From: a virus
Taxonomy: Duplodnaviria > Caudoviricetes
Direction: 5' to 3' (one strand)
IMG/VR virus record: IMGVR_UViG_3300044711_000225
Span: 1-57,000 of that record
Length of the DNA: 57,000 nt
The notes beneath the pieces were generated by a model. It made no database searches and was not told the origin of the DNA. It was given only the letters and a program-made list of their open reading frames with translations. This document shows, one piece after another, positions 54,812 through 57,000 of this stretch. The stretch's first letter is position 1. The number at the start of each line of letters is the position of its first letter. The position numbers and the translations under genes are program-made.

Positions 54812-55929
54812 AGGACACCTCCGCCCGTAACGGACCAGCGAGGCGACCCCGAAGGCTCGTAGTTCAGCACGACCGAGAAGCAGGCGAACGCGGCGCCCGA
54901 GATCACGCCGATGACCGTCGCCGCGCTGTCCTGCAGCGTGATCACGTTCGCGCCGATGCCGCCGCCGCCGGAGTTCGCCACGAAGATGGTCACCGGGTGG
55001 CAGTCTCCGGGCGACGGCATGTCCGCGAGCGTGAGGGTGAAGCTCGTCGTGACCGCGGCGTTGAAGCTGACCTTGTCGAAGTGCGCGCACTGCACCGTCT
55101 GCGACGACGGCGCGATGTGACCGATCCGATCACCGCCCCACGCGCCGTTCCCGCTCTTCACGATCGCCGCCTGGCAAACTACCCGCCCCAGCACGACCGT
55201 GTCCGTCAGTCCGATCTGCGTCGCCGAGTCCGCCGCGACGAAGGCGCCCGTGAACAGGAGGTTGCTGCTGGTCTCGAACGCGATCGCTCCGGTCGCCTTC
55301 ACGCTGATCCCGCCGAAGACGTTCAGCAGCCCGCCGCTCAGCCCCGGGCCCTCGAGCCGCAGCACCCCCCCCGGCTCGACCGTCGCCAGGCCGCCGCTCT
55401 TGACGTGGAGCTCGCCCGTCGCGTTGACGTTCCCGATCCCGTCGATCTGGAGGAACCCGCCCGAGTCGATGTGGATCCCGGCTCCGCTGTTCGCGTGCAG
55501 GTCCGCCGACGTGTGGATGTTGAACTGCGACGGGCCGATCATGTCGATCGACGACGCCCCCGCCCACGTCCACGCGCCCGCGAACGACACCGTGCAGGCC
55601 GCGTTGAACGTCCACGCGCTGTTCGTCGCAGCGAGCACGCTGCCCGTGGCGAACGCCGCGCCGCAGTTGTCGCCGATCTCGATGAAGCTGCCCGTCCCGC
55701 CCGACGCGCTCAGCAGGATGTTCGACCCGATGATCTCGAGCGACGCGCCGCTCTTGTAGCGGTGCACGCCGACGAAATCGACCGTGCCCGAGGCGAGGGA
55801 GGCGATCGAGTCGAGGATCGACTGCAGCGAGACGTTGACGCTCGCGACGTCGCGCACGTCCCCGTCATCGGGGAGCGTGGTCGCGACGATCAGGCCGGTG
55901 GAGTTGTCGCCGAAGTAGGTGGTCGACAT
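54808..55929 (-). CDS. Tail fibre/baseplate-attached protein
   Basis: 373 aa after baseplate wedge; PDDGD...VNVSLQSILD N-terminus; beta-solenoid-like repeats. Confidence 0.6.
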   Translation of the reverse strand: MSTTYFGDNSTGLIVATTLPDDGDVRDVASVNVSLQSILDSIASLASGTVDFVGVHRYKSGASLEIIGSNILLSASGGTGSFIEIGDNCGAAFATGSVLAATNSAWTFNAACTVSFAGAWTWAGASSIDMIGPSQFNIHTSADLHANSGAGIHIDSGGFLQIDGIGNVNATGELHVKSGGLATVEPGGVLRLEGPGLSGGLLNVFGGISVKATGAIAFETSSNLLFTGAFVAADSATQIGLTDTVVLGRVVCQAAIVKSGNGAWGGDRIGHIAPSSQTVQCAHFDKVSFNAAVTTSFTLTLADMPSPGDCHPVTIFVANSGGGGIGANVITLQDSAATVIGVISGAAFACFSVVLNYEPSGSPRWSVTGGGVL

Positions 55930-56745
55930 CTAGCGTGCTCCTTCGAAGTAGCGCGCCGTGGCGAGCCGGCTCGGGACGGGGACGCCCCCGACGAGCTTGT
56001 AGAACTTGCCCCACGTGCCGTCGGGCTCTGGGCTCGACGGGTTGAACGAGGCGTTGTCGAGCGCGATGATCGTCGTCGGGTAGAGCGTCACCTCCGCCTT
56101 CCACAGCTGCACGACGGCCTCGATCGTCTGGACCATCTCGCGCGTGGCCGTGATCCCCCACGTGCCCGGTCCGTCGCCCCACGTGCCCGTGCCCCAGACG
56201 TCCTCGGCGCTCCACGGGTAGCCGTCGCCCGAGTAGATGATCACCCAGCAGCGCGCCCACCGGTCGGCCGTCACGCCGTCCCAATTCCAGTTGTTGAGCA
56301 CCTGCCGCGTCACCGTGCCGTCGGTGTTCAGCGTCAGCCAGATCCCCGTGTTCGTGACGAGCCGCAGGATCGGCACCGTCGAGGGCGAGAAGAGCGGCGC
56401 GAGCTGCGCGAGCATGTTGTAGCCGTTGCCCGCGACCCTCCATGAATCGAGCCAGCCGCGGAGCCGGAGCGCGAAGTCATCATCTGGCTCGGTGAGGCCG
56501 CGGATGATGCGGCGGTCCTGCGAGATCAGCGGAAGCGCCGTCGGCGTCCCGATACCGGGGAAGCGGGCGCGCAGCCCCTGCACCTCGACCTCGATGAAGA
56601 CGTCGAGCATGGCCGCTGCGGCGTACAGGTAGCGGTACCCGTTCGTGAACGCCGGGCTCTTCGGCGTCGCCGGGCGATTCGACAGCCACGGCGGCACGAA
56701 CGAGCGCAGCGCGTGCCGCAGGTTGAGGTTCGGGTGCGCGCTCAT
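55930..56745 (-). CDS. Baseplate wedge protein (gpI/Mu gp48 position)
   Basis: ALPLISQDRRIIRGLTEPDDDFALRL; follows J. Confidence 0.65.
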   Translation of the reverse strand: MSAHPNLNLRHALRSFVPPWLSNRPATPKSPAFTNGYRYLYAAAAMLDVFIEVEVQGLRARFPGIGTPTALPLISQDRRIIRGLTEPDDDFALRLRGWLDSWRVAGNGYNMLAQLAPLFSPSTVPILRLVTNTGIWLTLNTDGTVTRQVLNNWNWDGVTADRWARCWVIIYSGDGYPWSAEDVWGTGTWGDGPGTWGITATREMVQTIEAVVQLWKAEVTLYPTTIIALDNASFNPSSPEPDGTWGKFYKLVGGVPVPSRLATARYFEGAR

Positions 56746-57000
56746 GGCCCCGGTACCTGCTCGACGGTGAAGTTGTAGGCGCCCGGCACCGCGACCTGCC
56801 CGGGGGCCAGCGACACGTCGAGCTCTGGCGACACCCTCACCTCGACGACGAACGGCGAGATCTGCGCGAGCTTCGCCTCGATGGCTCGGAACAGCACTTT
56901 GCCCGCGCCGCCCGCGACGATCTGCAGCCCGCCCACAGGCAGCGTGCGGAAGAAGTCGTCCATCAGGAGCGTGGCCGCCGCCTTGACGCTCGCCGAGGAC
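56742..57000 (-). CDS. Baseplate J-like protein, 3' end
   Basis: In-frame continuation (...LLMDDFFRTLPVGG...EQVPGP*). Confidence 0.85.
   Translation of the reverse strand, partial: SSASVKAAATLLMDDFFRTLPVGGLQIVAGGAGKVLFRAIEAKLAQISPFVVEVRVSPELDVSLAPGQVAVPGAYNFTVEQVPGP
56874..57000 (+). repeat. 127-bp terminal direct repeat, right copy
   Basis: Identical to 1-127. Confidence 0.97.

Larger units (their letters stand above)
1..57000. mobile_element. Complete temperate myovirus-type phage genome (circular assembly, ~56,873 bp unique)
   Basis: Head, contractile tail, lysis, replication, immunity, integrase and attP modules all present; ends overlap by 127 bp. Confidence 0.93.

Noticed and set aside
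56874-57000. Biological direct terminal repeat
   Set aside because: 127 bp equals a common assembler k-mer and falls mid-gene in baseplate J

Overview
The window is an apparently complete, circularly assembled temperate phage genome of about 56.9 kb. Bases 1-127 are repeated exactly at 56874-57000, and the baseplate-J ORF reads through the junction. It is very GC-rich; Cys-rich lipoproteins suggest a myxobacterial (Polyangiaceae-like) host, which is inference only. The minus strand carries replication genes (SF2 helicase, VRR-NUC, primase-helicase, CTGCCCC repeat tract), terminase, an accessory block, then Mu-like head genes, a contractile tail and baseplate, fibres and an expanded lysis/envelope block. 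The central immunity region has Cro-like and repressor HTH genes, an ImmA/IrrE peptidase and three lipoproteins. The plus-strand early operon ends in a tyrosine integrase next to a tRNA-Arg(CCT) 3'-half attP. The most unusual observations are: a tailspike-like protein with a lipoprotein signal; a holin fused to a capsid-spike-like domain; an RNA polymerase alphaCTD-like protein; 434-type operators ahead of the head operon; His-pair repeats inserted in the tail sheath; and direct repeats at gene junctions. All family assignments come from motifs read by eye; no searches were run.
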